Assembly (NCBI RefSeq): GCF_006345805.1
Contig: NC_043019.1
Coordinates: 24,923,360 to 24,987,359, forward strand
Direction of reading: 5' to 3'
Origin: Octopus sinensis
Lineage: Eukaryota
Length of the DNA: 64,000 bases
Shown here: positions 1 to 14,744 of the stretch, piece after piece
Layout: every line of letters begins with the position of its first letter
How positions within the stretch are numbered: position 1 is the first letter of the stretch
The notes under the pieces: generated by a model
The model's input: only the letters and a program-made list of their open reading frames with translations
Databases searched by the model: none
What the model was told of the DNA's origin: nothing
Position numbers and translations under genes: made by a program

Positions 1-254
1 GTGTTTCTCTGTATGTTGATGTTTGTATATTTTCGTGTTTTTATTTCCCTGGTATGTTTTTTTCTTGTATACTTGTTTTGGGTATTTATTTACGTGTTTG
101 TACAATTGTGTGAGTGTGTATTTCTTTGTACGTTTACATGTGTGAATTACGCTGTGTGTGGTGTGCGATCGTTTGCGTATCACTACCAGTGTAAGCATAT
201 GTTTATCTCTCTCTCTCTTTTCCTCTCGCTTTCTCAACGTGTGTGCGTGAGAAG

Positions 255-323
<69 letters not shown>

Positions 324-324
<1 letters not shown>

Positions 325-534
325 TGAGCTGGCAGAAACGTTAGCACGCCGGGCGAAATGCGTAGCCGTATTTCGTCTGCCGTTACGTTCTGAGTTCCAA
401 TTACGCCGAGGTCGACTTTCGGGGTCGATAAAATAAGTACCAGTTACGCACTGGCCATGATGTACTCGACTTAATCCGTTTGTCTGTCCTTGTTTGCCCA
501 CTCTATGTTTAGCCCCTTGTGGGTAATAAAGAAA
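324..534 (+). mobile_element. SINE family A, tail type 1
   Basis: gagctggcagaaacgttagcac head, B-box-like gttc(c/a)aatt, core ggggtcgataaaataagtaccagt, tail ...agccccttgtgggtaataaagaaa. Confidence 0.9.
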
Positions 535-535
535 C

Positions 536-579
<44 letters not shown>

Positions 580-629
580 TGATAGCTATGTCTACGTACA
601 TCTTTTCCTTCTTTTCTTCTTGTCTTTTG

Positions 630-852
630 TATTACTCTTTTACTCTTTTTACTCTTTTACTTGTTTCAATCATTTGACTGCGGCCATGCTGGAGCACCGC
701 CTTTAGTCGAGCAAATCGACCCCGGGACTTATTCTTTGTAAGCCCAGTACTTATTCTATCGGTCTCTTTTGCCGAACCGCTAAGTGACGCGGACGTAAAC
801 ACACCAGCATCGGTTGTCAAGCAATGCTAGGGAGACAAACACAGACACACAA

Positions 853-889
<37 letters not shown>

Positions 890-1055
890 CATATATACGA
901 CAGGTTTCTTTCAGTTTCCGTCTACCAAATCCACTCACAATGCATTGGTCGGCCTGGGGCTATAGCAGAAGACACTTGCCCAAGATGCCACGCAGTGGGA
1001 CTGAACCCGGAACCATGTGGTTGGTTAGCAAGCTACTTACCACACAGCCACTCCT
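630..1055 (-). mobile_element. SINE family B (tRNA-like head aggagtggctgtgtgg, internal TA/CA microsatellite, (taaaaagag)n tail)
   Basis: Near-identical to 1563-1954; homologous to 8957-9339 and 9750-10180; B-box-like ggttcagtccc. Confidence 0.9.
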
Positions 1056-1415
1056 GCCTGCGCCCATTATTCATTTTTCTCATCATTCCCCTCACCATTC
1101 ATTCTCTCTTGGTTCTTCTCTCTCTCTCTCTCTCTCTCTCCCTCTCTCTCTGAGTGTTAATCCATTTCATCCAATGCCATCACCAAGTCAATTTGGTGAA
1201 TCAGTTTCAAATCCGCACCCTACCCTCAACCCTACCCCCACCCCACCCTTGTCGTACTTCCTACTCTCTTATAAAAGTTTTTCTATAAACAAATATTTAT
1301 TGTTATCGATTGGAAAGCTGGAAGGACAAACTAACCAAAGGTATTTAGTGACAATCTTTTATGTTCTTCGTTCAATTCTGTATCGAGATCGAATTTCACC
1401 GTATTCTTCAAAAAC

Positions 1416-1562
1416 GTTACACAAGGGTGGTCTGAAAAGTTCCTGGTTTTAAGGGTGTCGCGAAAGGTCTGGCTGGAGACCCAACCTTCCAAGTTTTTTT
1501 ATAGGGAATAGCAAAACTGAAGGACCGCTAGAATAAGTATGTGAATCTGAGAGGGGAATATA
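1416..1562 (+). mobile_element. Internally deleted mariner relic
   Basis: TIR-like tacacaagggtggtctgaaaagttc start, and a ...KDR*NKYVNLRGEY transposase C-terminus-like segment, interrupted by the SINE at 1563. Confidence 0.45.
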
Positions 1563-1954
1563 CTCTTACTCTTTTACCTGTATCAGTCATTTGACTGCGG
1601 CCATGCTGGAGCACCGCCTTTAGTCGAGCAAATCGACCCCGGGACTTATTCTTTGTAAGCCCAGTACTTATTCTATCGGTCTCTTTTGCCGAACCGCTAA
1701 GTAACGGGGGCGTAAACACACCAGCATCGGTTGTCAAGCAATGCTAGGGGGACAAACACAGACACACAAACACACACACATACATATATATATATACGAC
1801 AGGCTTCTTTCAGTTTCCGTCTACCAAATCCACTCACAAGGCATTGGTCGGCCCGGGGCTATAGCAGAAGACACTTGCCCAAGATGCCACGCAGTGGGAC
1901 TGAACCCGGAACCATGTGGTTGGTTAGCAAGCTACTTACCACACAGCCACTCCT
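1563..1954 (-). mobile_element. SINE family B
   Basis: Full-length copy, same diagnostic variants as 630-1055. Confidence 0.9.
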
Positions 1955-2403
1955 GTTCAATAAAATCATAATTAACTGATCCTCTTGTATTTTCTTTTAC
2001 CCAAAGCCAGGACATTTTCAGCATCCCCCTCGTAATTTATTCAAATTCTAAAGATAAACCTAATAATTAGTTCTAATTAAGAAATACACTCGAATTCCAG
2101 TAATTCTAAGTCTTGGCTTTCGAAAAGATAACAATATTAGATTTATGTTGTAAACTTAAGTAGTTTTAGGAAGCCATAGAATTAACAACAACTGACCATT
2201 GGCTTGTGTTGTTCTCTTCAGTTTAAAGGGAAGCTTGTGACGTGACTCGTCTAAGGTAATTTATTGTTAATACGGTTATATAAGGCACAATTAACACATA
2301 TTTTAGACTACAATTATTTTATTGACCATGGAAAAATAAAACGCAAAGACCTCCTTGTCAGATTTGAACTCAGGACGTCAAGATACCCAACTAAATAAGC
2401 TGA

Positions 2404-2445
<42 letters not shown>

Positions 2446-2480
2446 CTTCTAACAATGCTTTGTATTCATTCACTTGGTGT

Positions 2481-2620
2481 AAGGCGGCGAGCTGGCAGAA
2501 TCGTTAGCACGTCTGCCAAAATGTTTTGCAGAATTTCGTTTGACTTTACGTTCTGAGTTCAAATGCCACCGAGGACGACTTTGCTTTTCATCTGTTCGGG
2601 GTCGATAAAATAAGTACCAA
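2481..2620 (+). mobile_element. SINE family A (head and core)
   Basis: Homology to the other family A copies. Confidence 0.85.
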
Positions 2621-3614
2621 TTGTAACCTGTACTGAATTTATGTTACATAGATATCTTCATGTTTGATTTCTGTTTTACTCTGTGAAAATACATACCAAT
2701 TCTTTCAGCCACTGGTTTGTACCGGGGTTTCCTATTCCTATAAATTGTAATTCATGGCATTACTACATTGAATACCAGCCTTAATGTGTAGATAGCTGGG
2801 AATTCATAAGGAGTGCTGTATTAGGAATACGCCAACACTTTACTACATTCATATATAGGAAGGAAGCGAGAGCAGGTGAGAAATATTTGATAGAGATATG
2901 AAGATAAATAGAATTGGAAAAGATTCTTGGTTATATCTGCTAACATGTAATATTCTAAATAAATGAGGTTTATTTATTTATTCAACGTAATTAACAAAGA
3001 CTAAACTGTTTCCGGCAGACGATCCGTACAACGTGGAAGACTCGAGAACTACTTCGTTTAAACATTACTACACTTTAAACAAAACCAACTCATAGTTGGT
3101 CTATCTGTTTATTTAATTTCATCATTTTGTTTTCCGAAGCAGCCTGCGTTTTTATTCTATTTTACATTACATTTTTTTTTCAAGAGCTTGCCCTCATTTA
3201 ATATGCAATCGTAAATCTGATAGAAACTGATACAACAAATCTGATATTGTCAGTCATCATCATCATCATCGTCACTGTCATCAATCACATCATCCTCATC
3301 ATCATCATCATCATCGTTGCCATCAGTCTCATTGCTGTTGTAATCATAGGAAAGGTCGGTTAGCGTTTTTATTCTCATAAAGCAATTCTCCATATCGGCC
3401 GTGATTGTCATGAGAACCCTTGAACCAGAGAGGGAATTTCTCAGCGTTCTTGCGATCCGCTACAAATGGCAGCCAAATGACCTCTGAATTTGACCCTACC
3501 ACCTCGCAGATGTGTGATGAAGGATTGCTCTAATTGCCTTTTATGCTCCTTAAATTATATTTTCTTAATTGCTGGCGGTTTATAATATTCTTTTAAAACT
3601 TTGTATAATTAAAA

Positions 3615-4038
3615 AATTTGTTAACATGTCCTACGAAGAAAGGCTGAGGACGCTCGACCTTTATTCTCTTGAAAAACGCCGCCGCCGTGGTGATCTCATT
3701 CTCGCCCACAACATCATAAGCGGAAAGTGTAACCTCTCGAAAGAGCTGTTCTTCACTCCTGCTCCAGAGCGTCGGCTGCGGGGTCATTCCGAAAAGCTCT
3801 ACCTGCGACGATTTCATCTCAATCGAAGGAGAGGAGCTTTCTCCGTCCGGGTTGCGGATCCGTGGAACAAGCTGCCAGACGAGATGGTGAAGATGCCGAC
3901 GACCGCTTTGTTCAAAGCCTCCCTGGACCTTAAGTGGCCTGAACTCTTTACATGAACACCACCCTGTACTTAACTCCATGTCCCCCTACATGGCCTTGCT
4001 ATTTGCTTTTGAGCCAAATTAACTAACTAACTAACTAA
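3615..4038 (+). mobile_element. 5'-truncated CR1-like LINE 3' end
   Basis: MSYEERLRTLDLYSLEKRRRRGDLI...RGHSEKL...FSVRVADPWNKLP is the typical CR1/L2 ORF2 C-terminus; followed by a short 3' UTR and an (AACT)n tail at about 4020-4038. Confidence 0.85.
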
Positions 4039-4310
4039 CATATCTCAAAAGATCGTCGAACGTCCTTGATCTTCTCGTTGCTATAAAGCTGTCTTTGCAC
4101 ACACCCACGCGACCTTTAGTTTCTTTTACGTAATAGTCAGATTATAATGTTTTATTTTACCGTCCAAGAACAGGAGACAAATTACAAATTAGAAATTACC
4201 AAGCAAAGGAAACAGTAAAACGCTTAAATTCCCAAGATGCAATTCTCGTCTGTGTATGTGTGTATGCATGCGTGTGTGTGTAATAAATTGAGAGATAGAC
4301 AGACATAGAA

Positions 4311-4690
<380 letters not shown>

Positions 4691-4935
4691 AATATAAAAA
4701 TTAACTTTTGGAAGATAATTTTTTCAAACTTCCGATATTTTTCTTGTAAACAGCAGCAGATAGTAGCTTAATAAAAGAGTAAACTATATTTGAAATGCTA
4801 AAGGTTAGCGTTAGGTGATGCTATCAGAGAAAGCAGACAGAGATAAACGGAGGAAGTAGTAAATCAAACAAATATACCACTACGTACCGTATATTTAGTA
4901 AGTTTGAGGCGAATAAAAAAGAACGGGAACGTCAC

Positions 4936-5190
4936 GTGAGGTCGACTTTGCCTTTCATCCTTTCGGGATCGATAAATTAAGTACCAGTTACGCACTGGGG
5001 TCGATGTAATCGACTTAATCCGTGTGTCTGTCCTTGTTTGTCCTCTCTGTGTTTAGCACCTTGTGGGTAGTAAAGAAATCGGTATTTCGTCTGCCGTTAC
5101 GTTCTGAGTTCAAATTCCGCCGAGGCCGACTTTGCCTTTAAAAGGCGGCGAGCTGGCAGAATCGTTAGCACGCTAGGCGAAATGCTTAGC
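4936..5190 (+). mobile_element. SINE family A fragments in permuted order
   Basis: Core and tail (4936-5080), then the middle segment (5081-5139), then the head (5141-5190). Confidence 0.8.
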
Positions 5191-5629
5191 GTCATTTATT
5201 ATTCTATTTTAGTAGTTTGTTGTTAAAGTTTATCCCTAGGTTAACTCTTACAAAGCCCTCAATTAAAGTCAAAGACGTTCCAGTTATGGCCATCTCTCAA
5301 CAATTGTGCATCTGTCTGTAAGACTCCAGTATTCAATGTGTCATCTTTTCAAGAAGACAATAAGTTGCCATTAAGGGAGATTTGGTCGCTATTTGTAACT
5401 GGGTGAACAACTGTGTAGAGGTGGTGTTCTTGTTGGTTCATTATGACATCTTGTCGCATGAAGTATATAATGCGACTTAGATCCTTCTTTTCAAATAAAA
5501 TTTCAACGAAACCCGGTCATGCTCACGCATCTAACCTCAGACACAATTTCAGAGAATGTATACAGGGTATTTTCTGGGTCGATTACAGTTTTTATTGACT
5601 TTAGACATCTATCTATCTATCCGCTCAGT

Positions 5630-5945
5630 CGAAGTCGACTCTCGGTTACTCGTTGGATCAGTGTCCTTCAGTCAGTTCTATCTTGGGCCGCTTCTTTCAG
5701 ACTGGCTATGTCCATTCCGGTATCACTCTTGATGGTGTCCAGCCAGCGGGTTCTTGGTCGGCTTCTTCCTCTCTTGCCACTGACCATTCCGAGCATGATA
5801 TCCTTCTCCAGGGATTTTCTCCGCATAACATGACCGAAATATGCCAATCTATGCTTGGTGATCCTAGCTTCTAGCGACATTTTCGGCCTGATCTGCCTAA
5901 GAACTTCTCCATTGGTGAGCTTTGCTGTCCATGGAATCCGTAAAT
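5630..5945 (-). mobile_element. RTE-clade LINE 3' fragment
   Basis: RLAYFGHVMRRKSLEKDIMLGMVSGKRGRSRPRTRWLDTIK is the RTE/BovB-type C-terminus. Confidence 0.85.
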
Positions 5946-6492
5946 GTCTTTAGACATATTGCAATGATAATCTATCTGTTGTCGTTTAGTCATTTTATAA
6001 TTTGTTTTTAAGACTACACTGTTTAATGTGAGGAAGATTTTGTTGTTATTTCTAACAGATCAAGCCATTTGGTAGAGGCTCCTTCATTTGTTCGTGCAAT
6101 CTCTGTATCAAAATGTAAAACTAACTTCTATCAGCCCAAGGAGGATCAATTATTTTATAGAAATTCCCTTTTTTAATCTGCGCAGTTGATCGATCGTCTC
6201 TTCCCTTCTAATCGATGATATCAAAGTTGAATACTGATATGGGCACCGGAAGATTATTGATTTGGATAGTGTAGCTGGCGTAGTTGAGTGTTAGGTGAGT
6301 TCATCGTGAGTATTTGAGGAATGTTCTCATTCAGCATTCATTAACAGATACTTTTGCTCATATGACTGCGCAGTTATTTATCAAAGTCCTGTAGGACGGT
6401 CCTTTCGTCCGTCCGAACACGAGATGAGGTTCAGACTAGACAAGCTAACCTGTTTTAAACAACAACGACAAGTACACGTATTTATTTTGATG

Positions 6493-6698
6493 CGAGCTGG
6501 CAGAGACGTTAGCACACCGGGCGAAATGCTTAGCGGTATTTCGTCTGTCTTTAGGTTCTGAGTTCAAATTCCGCCAAGGTAAACTTTGCCTTTCATCCTT
6601 TCGGGGATTATAATTTAAGTACCAGTTGCGTACTGGGGTCGATCTAATCGACTGGCCCCTCCCCAAAAATTTCGGGCCTTGTACCTAGAGTAGAAAAG
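6493..6698 (+). mobile_element. SINE family A, tail type 2
   Basis: Same head and core; tail cgactggcccctccccaaaaatttcgggccttgtacctagagtagaaaag. Confidence 0.9.
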
Positions 6699-7645
6699 TA
6701 TATTATCTTCAAGTGGCAACCATCTTCAGACCAGAACTGTCATCTGCATACAGATGACCTCAGAATGTTTTGTATTCATGAGCAGTTTAGTGTTACTCAA
6801 GTCTTTCATAATTCCTTTAGTCTTACTCAAGTGAAAATCCAAAGCAATTCATTTTGTTGCTCAGCGATGATACGAACGATAAAAAGCTAGCGGGAACAGA
6901 AAATTTAAAAAAAAACTGAGGTAAAGCGATCAATCACTCAAAGATGAGAAAAATGCAACAACAGTGTTTCGTTTCTGTTTCTTTATATTCTGAATTCAAA
7001 TCCTCTGAGGGTTTAACTTTGCCTTTCATCCTTACTGTGTTGGTAAACTAAGCCCCAGATGAGTAAGTAGGGTCGAAGTAGTCGACTAAGCTCTATTTTC
7101 ACAAACTGTACAGTTTTATTGGCAGGGGCCTATAAACAGTGAAGAGGAGCTGGAGAGGCACAATAGACATCGGCACCAGTTAAAGTGCTTTTACTATTTC
7201 TTTTGTCACATGACGTGACTGTTTCTGAATCTAACTTACTAATCTGTCTTGCATCTGGTCCTTTACAAGTTACACAGTTTAAAGGAACATATGATGCTCC
7301 TTATCGGTAAATATTATGTTCAGTAAGATATCTGTTGATGGGGTATTTTAGTATGATACAAATAGTTCAAAAAAGGTCTAACGTTTCGATCAGAGTTACT
7401 TCATCAGTTTGAAAACTAAATGTTAACTGACATTTCACATTTCAACTAAACATCAACATTTCTTTCCAACAGTTTGTTCGGCCTCAAACCTTAAGACTCG
7501 TTTGTATCCTCGCCACATAAATCATGTTCCCGTTTCAATAATGTGTATTTCCTTTGTCTCCAACACCTAACTTCGTTAGTTCCTGTATCTTCTACTGCTT
7601 ACACTTATATCTTACACTTCATCTCTTGTAAAAGGTAGGAGAGTC

Positions 7646-7880
7646 CAGTTTGCTGGACATTGTTGTAGAGCTGAAAAAGAAGTAATTTCTACTCTTCTCC
7701 TCTGGAAGCCATCTACTCGCAATACCAGAGGGCGCACACTCTCCTACCCTGATGTAATCTCCAGGGATACAGGCATCCAGCAACAGGACCTCCGTAATGC
7801 TATGATGGACCGTGAAGTCTGGCGTAACATAGTAAATTCCATTGTCTCGACCACGGTCGAACAATGATGATGAATGATGA
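7646..7880 (+). mobile_element. RTE-like LINE extreme 3' fragment with (TGA)n tail
   Basis: My translation of 7646-7867 gives QFAGHCCRAEKEVISTLLLWKPSTRNTRGRTLSYPDVISRDTGIQQQDLRNAMMDREVWRNIV...; stop followed by tgatgatga. Confidence 0.7.
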
Positions 7881-8956
7881 CACTTATATCATTATTTTAA
7901 GTCGATGAATCAGAAAGAAACAACTAACTTTCCGTAGGACGCTTAATTATCTGCTTTTTTTTTGTATCCGAGAATAAAAGAAATCAAACAATTACCTGAC
8001 ACTCAATTTTATCTCCTGTCTGTCTCTAATAAGCTTTTTTAAGAAGGCAATCCTAATATGCCGCCATGTTTAACACACACCACCTTCACATATTCGCGGG
8101 CCTCTAGTGGACTTCATTTCTTGTAAGTCTCCGGAGCAGATCTCCAGTTCTTTCCCCACCAACGTTTTCTCTTTTTTTTTCTATTTAATACGTTACATGG
8201 TCAGGTGAGAAGGCATTTCCCTTTTTGGTTTATTAGAAACACCCCTGTGGATACTACGTTTTTGTATGTTAACTATAGACTGAGTGACCGTATCATAAGT
8301 GGTATCATGTGACATCAAGTGGTGTCACGTGACACCAAGTAGACAGTCTGAACTCAACATCGCTGCCTAATGAAAATTTTGTATATTTTCCAGTGTCCTA
8401 TCACTTCCTAGGGAACCCATTAACAACCGTGAGGAATCTTCAGTTTTTATTTAATCTTTCAAGCAGGGCTTCACGCGATTTCCAAGACTAGTGCGAAAGA
8501 GGGAAGGTATTTGCAAAGCGGGGACCTCACCCGAATGCTTAAATCAGACTGAACCCACTCTGCTAAAGCTACCCAAGGTTGGGTCGTTTGTGTTAAGCTA
8601 AGCAATGGATTAAGGCTGTCTCATAAGTAGGTCGTGATGAAATTTGAATTCAGAACGCAAAGAGCCAGGAAAAAATACTGCAAGGCATCTGATCCGACAT
8701 TTTTGCAGCCCCACTTAGCCACCGACTTAAACTGGTTCTTTTTTATCAATCCCCGAAAGGATTAAAACGAACGTTTACTTCAGCGATATTAGAACTCAGA
8801 ACCTAGCGAGTCAGAAATACCGCTAAACGCTCTAATGACTCTTCCATTTCGCTATCTTGACTGAGTTAAACGCCATGACCAGAGACAACACATACTACCT
8901 GTAAACGGCGTAACAACTTTACATTATTCAACCAAAAGATTCTCTATTTATTCAAT

Positions 8957-9339
8957 AGGAGTGGCTGTGTTGTAAGTAGCTTGTTTACCAACTACGTGGC
9001 ACCTTGGGCAAGTGTCTTCTACTATAGCCTCGGGCCGACCAAAGCCTGTGAGTGGATTTGGTAGACGGAAACTGAAAGCCCGTCGTACATATGTATATAT
9101 ATATATATGTGTGCGTGTGTGCGTGTATGTTTGTGTGTCTGTGTTTGTCCCCCTAGCATTTCTTGACAACCGATGCTGGTGAGTTTATGTTCCCGTCACT
9201 TAGCGGTTCGGCAAAAGAGACCGATAGAATAAGTACTGGGCTTACAAAAGAATAAGTCCCGGGGTCGAGTTGCTCGATTAAAGGCGACCGATGCTCCAGC
9301 ATGGTCACAGTCAAATGACTGAAACAAGTAGAAGAGTAA
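8957..9339 (+). mobile_element. SINE family B
   Basis: Head, internal microsatellite and tail present; small deletion in the head. Confidence 0.9.
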
Positions 9340-9749
9340 TTCGTCAGAAACTATACCGTTTCTATTTGCATCGTCAAAGGCCTGATTCCTAGCTTCTCGC
9401 CTATTTGTGTTCATAATCTTCCTCTTCCTTGTGTCAATTCAGTAACAGATGGTGTATATATGGAAAACTATAAATATGAGTGTATGTCGGCATGTGTTCG
9501 TGGTGCGTATAATATTGTTGAACGTCTCCTCCGGTTACGTAACTATTACTGGAAAGCTCTCTTGCCCTCGATAACTCCCGCTGTCTCCTGTCCTTCATTG
9601 CGCATCTCTCTTATTTCTCTTTCTCTCTTTCTCTCTTTCTCTCTCATTGTATCTTCTTACTCTATCATTATAATTCTTTCTTTCATACATAATATGTGTG
9701 TGTATGTGTATGTATATGTGTGTAGGGGGGGTGTATGCGTTCGCGTCAT

Positions 9750-9982
9750 TTTATTCTTTTATTTGTTTTACCCATTTGACTGCGGCCATGTTGGAGCACC
9801 GCCTTTAGTCGAACAAATCGACCCGGGGACTTATTCTTTATAAGCCTAGTATTTATTCTGTAGGTTCTCTTTTACCAAACCGCTAAGTTACAGGAACATA
9901 AACACACCAACATCGGTTGTCAAGCGACGGTGAGGGGACAAATATTCAGACACACAAGCATATACATATATGTATATATATA

Positions 9983-10031
<49 letters not shown>

Positions 10032-10180
10032 GACGGGCTTCTTTCAGTTTCTGTCTACCAAATCCACCCACAAGGCTTTGGTCGGCCCGAGGATATAGTA
10101 GAAGATACTTGCACAAGGTGCCACACATTGGGACTGAACACAGAACCATGTGGTTGGGAAGCAAGCTTCTTCCCAAACAG
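9750..10180 (-). mobile_element. SINE family B (diverged)
   Basis: Homologous along its length to the other family B copies. Confidence 0.85.
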
Positions 10181-10464
10181 GCTTGCCGGCGCCTGTTATA
10201 TATGCAAATTAAAGGAATCTCGATCCTAAACTACAAATTTGACGGATAAATTGTCGCTATTTTATATATTTTATTTCGCGCATGCGCATTGTTTTTTATT
10301 TTGTCGACTACACAGTAGAGTAGTGTCAGTTGGGCATCGTCTGCGAGGGAAAACACCACAACGACGCAATTCGCTCTGCCAGAAACTTGGAAAAGACATG
10401 CTGTACTGCTTGGTGTTTGCGACAGAAGCTGCAATACGAACATTTCAGCTTGTTTGGGTGTCAA

Positions 10465-11090
10465 TCTGAGGACATGTACCGAGAGTGAAAAAAATCAAAC
10501 ATCCAATCAACATCATGATGTTTGGAGTAATCACTAGTGATGACAATGTTATGCCTCCATTCATCATACCATACGGCCTTACACTCAACATCAAGTGCCT
10601 GGAGGAGCTAGTGCTGCCCTGGGTCAAGAGGGTGGCTGCTGAAAGACACCATGTCTAGCAACAGGACTGTGCCCCATGCCACACAAACAGGAGAACCCAG
10701 TCATGGCTGTCAGACATTTTCTGCGACCACATCACCCTTAACATCTAGCCACCTAACTCCTCAGATTGCAACCCACTTGGTTATTATATATGGGGCGCAG
10801 TTGAGCGAGAGACCAACAAAACTCCTTGCAAGAGCAAAGATGAGCTAAAGACAAGGATTATAGCAGCATTCACCAACTTAAACAGGAAGACAATCCAGAA
10901 GAGTTGCAGGAGATTCCGAAGTCGTCTGGAGACCGTGGTTGAAGCCAATGGAGATTTTATTGAATAAATTTACTCTTTAGTATTTTAAGATATTTCTATG
11001 TAATTTTGGTAAATATATCAGTTAAAATAAGATGTCAGTGTTATTTTCCTTTTTGCATAACATAGACGATAGTTTATTCACCGCATCCTA
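10465..11090 (+). mobile_element. Tc1/mariner-superfamily maT (DD37D-type) transposase relic
   Basis: KHPINIMMFGVITSDD...QQDCAPCH...*PPNSSDCNPLGYY...VEANGDFIE*. There are 37 residues between the QQD aspartate and the last catalytic position (now G); two TAG stops stand where W is expected; TIR-like end at about 11080-11090. Confidence 0.8.
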
Positions 11091-11098
11091 TATATATA

Positions 11099-11137
<39 letters not shown>

Positions 11138-11871
11138 TGTTTTTATATTATAGTAAAAACGATTTCACATTAAATTGAAAGATTACTCAATACATGTGGC
11201 AGAGGAGGTCAAATTTACTATACTTTGACAAAAATAGTATTGATAGTGACTTCGAAGTTGCAGCCAGCTAATCCATCCGCGGAGTGTCTCGACAAGATTT
11301 TCTAATTTCTACATAACAGACACACACACATATCTGACAATCTGTCGATTCTATTCTCATTAAAGGTGAATGTGTGTGTGCATGTCTGTATATATGCATG
11401 TACGTATATACATATGTATATATGTTTGTATGTATGTATGTATGTCATTTTCTAAAAATTGTTAATACAGTTATTGTTCGATATTTTCTTATTCAGATAT
11501 TCTTCCATTTTGTTTTATTTGAGACGAAATGCTGCGTCCGTTATGGCGATGGATTGCCGAAAAAGTTCATGGAAAATTTTGAATTTTATTAAATACTTCT
11601 AAACGAAGAAGAATTGTCTTCCCAGGTTCTTTTAGAGTTATGGTGGGATCCTTAAACTGGGAACCGCAGATTTTGCAGACAATGCCTAACGAATCTGGCG
11701 AGCTTACTTAGATGTCTGTCTTGGGTACGAAAAGAAAAACCGAAACAAACCGAATATGCACACGCCACACACACGCACACACGTACACACACACACACGC
11801 ACGTACACACACACACGCACACACACACGTACACACACACATACACACACACACACACACACCACACACAG

Positions 11872-11962
<91 letters not shown>

Positions 11963-12892
11963 AATATATATATATATATATGATTCTATCAATAATAGCA
12001 AGAAAAAAATAAGAAAGTCAGGCAACAACGAAATGAAATAAAATATTAAGAGTCCATCATATTTGTGCTGCAAAAATGTATTTCAAGAAATTTGCAAATG
12101 TAATACAGCGTTTATAACGAAAGTGGGAAAACAATTCCCAAAAAATATATTTAGAATTTCCTAATTATTTCATTCCTCAGATCTCATCAAGGAGTACATA
12201 TATAAATATATATATATACATACATATATATATATATATGTAAGTAATTGTAAACAGGCGGTTTTTTTTTTTTTTTTTACTTTATGTTGTTCAAATCTTT
12301 ATAACACACTTTCTTTCTTTTATACATGTTGCGACGATTTTAAAATACCTCTTATTAATTTTATTTCTCGTATTTATTTCGACTTTTTAACCATTCTGGT
12401 CTTCCATGGAAATCTTGCTTTATTTCTCTGAAACCGTCGTACCTAATATTTTTAACAGATTAAATTCTATTTCTTTTTTTTCTGTTATTTTTTCTTTTCC
12501 TTTTTGTAAAGATACATTTTACAATTTTTATGCCGCTTTCAACTATTAGCATTTTATTTTTAACTCATCTTCGTTCAATATTAATTTATGTCTCATACAT
12601 TATCTATTCTCTAAGCGGCCATATTTAACCGGACGTTTTGATTATAACCAGAAACTTTAACTTACAAGAAACAAAATTGATTCTAATCTCGTTTTCTTCC
12701 TGTGTTACTGTTTGTTATTATATTTAGATCCATTTTTATTAAATCAAATAATTATAATTTACTATTTTAAATATCAATTATATTCATTTGTACTGTTTGT
12801 ATATTCGTTTTTGCTCAGATTTTAAAACAAAACTTAAGTATAACATAAGTTTCTGTTTGACGCCTGCGTAAAGTCCCAAATCAAACAACGAC

Positions 12893-12952
<60 letters not shown>

Positions 12953-13481
12953 ATGACGCCGTATTTATATTTACAGAAAATTGTCTATTCGAAATATTTG
13001 TACAAATAAACATTGCAAATTTAAATATGGATATATGTATATATACACTCCACTGTGCAACATCACGCTCCCATATTTCTACTTGTGTGCATAAATGCAT
13101 ATATATAATTGTATATATATGTGTATATATATATATTTATATATGTATATATATACATATATATGTACATATATATCTATATATATATATATATATATAT
13201 AAGCATATGTATACATATATATATATAAGTATATGTATATATATGCATATATATATGTATAAATATATATATGTATATGCACAAACACACACACCCGCAC
13301 ACTCACACAGGCACACATACATATGCCAAGAGGCAACACACATTATTTACTAATTTTTCTTTAAGTTCACATTGAAATATTTCAAATCAAAATTGCAAAG
13401 CAAAAAAAGAAGAGAAAAAAATCTAAATGATAGAATGGAAAAAGAAAGAAAGGAAAAAGAAATGAAAACAAAAAGGAAAAA

Positions 13482-13558
<77 letters not shown>

Positions 13559-13962
13559 CGTGATTGTGAAGATAATCAAAGAAATAAACAAAAAAGCAAG
13601 AAGATATATGTAAAGAAAAAGAAATTGAAAGAATTTGAATTAGAAAGAGAAAGAGGGGAATAGGAATAAAATCATATAACATATGAACGATGACGTCACA
13701 TACGTCAGTAGCTTTTTTATTGTTTTTTTTTCTTAGTTAATTTAGGAAGTGATTGTCATCACCATTATATATATTTTTTTTCTTTGCTTTTCTTCCATTA
13801 TATTCGTTATTAACTTTGAGGAACCATTATAGGTTTTTGGTTTAGAGACGAAAAAAAATTTCTTCCATTATTTTCGAATAAAAGAGTATTAGCTGCTAGG
13901 GAAATCTTTTGTAAAGTAATAACCTAAAACAACATATATATATATATATATATATAATATAT

Positions 13963-14005
<43 letters not shown>

Positions 14006-14738
14006 AAGGAAGAAAAGAGAGACAACTTAATTTTTTTAATTCAGTAATTGGTTATTTTATTTTAAAATAATGGAGGTGTACTTCCAAAGGCTGAGATTTT
14101 TTTTTTTTCGGGGAAGACAAATTTTGAAAAAAAAAGGTGGGAGATATATGAGTACAATGGGGGTGGGGTAAAAGGGTCGTTATATATTTTTGACTAATAA
14201 TTCCAAATTAAAAGACAGAAAAAATACTAAAATTGATTTATTTATTGAAATATTAAAATCGAAATCGATATTTTATTTATTATTTTTTCAATTATTCATT
14301 ACTAAAATTGAATTTGAAATTAAAAATAGAAATAGACAGACTGAATAAAAAAATTTTTTATTTCGTTTATTAGTTGGAATGTATCGTTTAATTATTCTAT
14401 CTATTCTATAAACCATTTTGCAAGGAACAAAGAAACAATTGGATAATTGCCTTATTGAAAAAATGTTAAATATGAAAGAAAAAATAAATCGAAATTAAAA
14501 ATATTTAACAAATTTCGAATTTCGAAAAAAAGAAAACATACGAAAAACACAAAAAAAGGTAAGTAAACTATACATACATATATATATATATATATATATG
14601 TTACTTTGCTAATAAAACGTTGCATAAGATATAATCATATTCATTAAGTTATTTTATTAATAATCAGTGAGGGAGAGAGGGAAAGGATGAGGCTGGGAAC
14701 GGGGAGCGCTAGAATTGAATCTGCACAAAGCCGTAACC

Positions 14739-14744
14739 TTTATT
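14739..14744 (-). terminator. First AATAAA downstream of the rhodopsin stop (candidate polyadenylation signal)
   Basis: Plus-strand TTTATT about 450 nt past the TGA. Further AATAAA hexamers occur downstream, so use of this one is unproven. Confidence 0.3.

Noticed and set aside
632-1979. Repeated ORFs MTTDAGVF... and MSSNAR...
   Set aside because: Incidental frames within SINE family B copies.
7375-7415. CUGAUGA...GAUC-GAAACGUU on the minus strand
   Set aside because: Helix II does not pair and helix I is out of register; at most a decayed hammerhead.
10270-10460. GCGCATGCGC (NRF1-like) motif and CpG-richer patch, with a similar motif at about 62407
   Set aside because: A single motif without exon or splice support; cannot call a second gene promoter.
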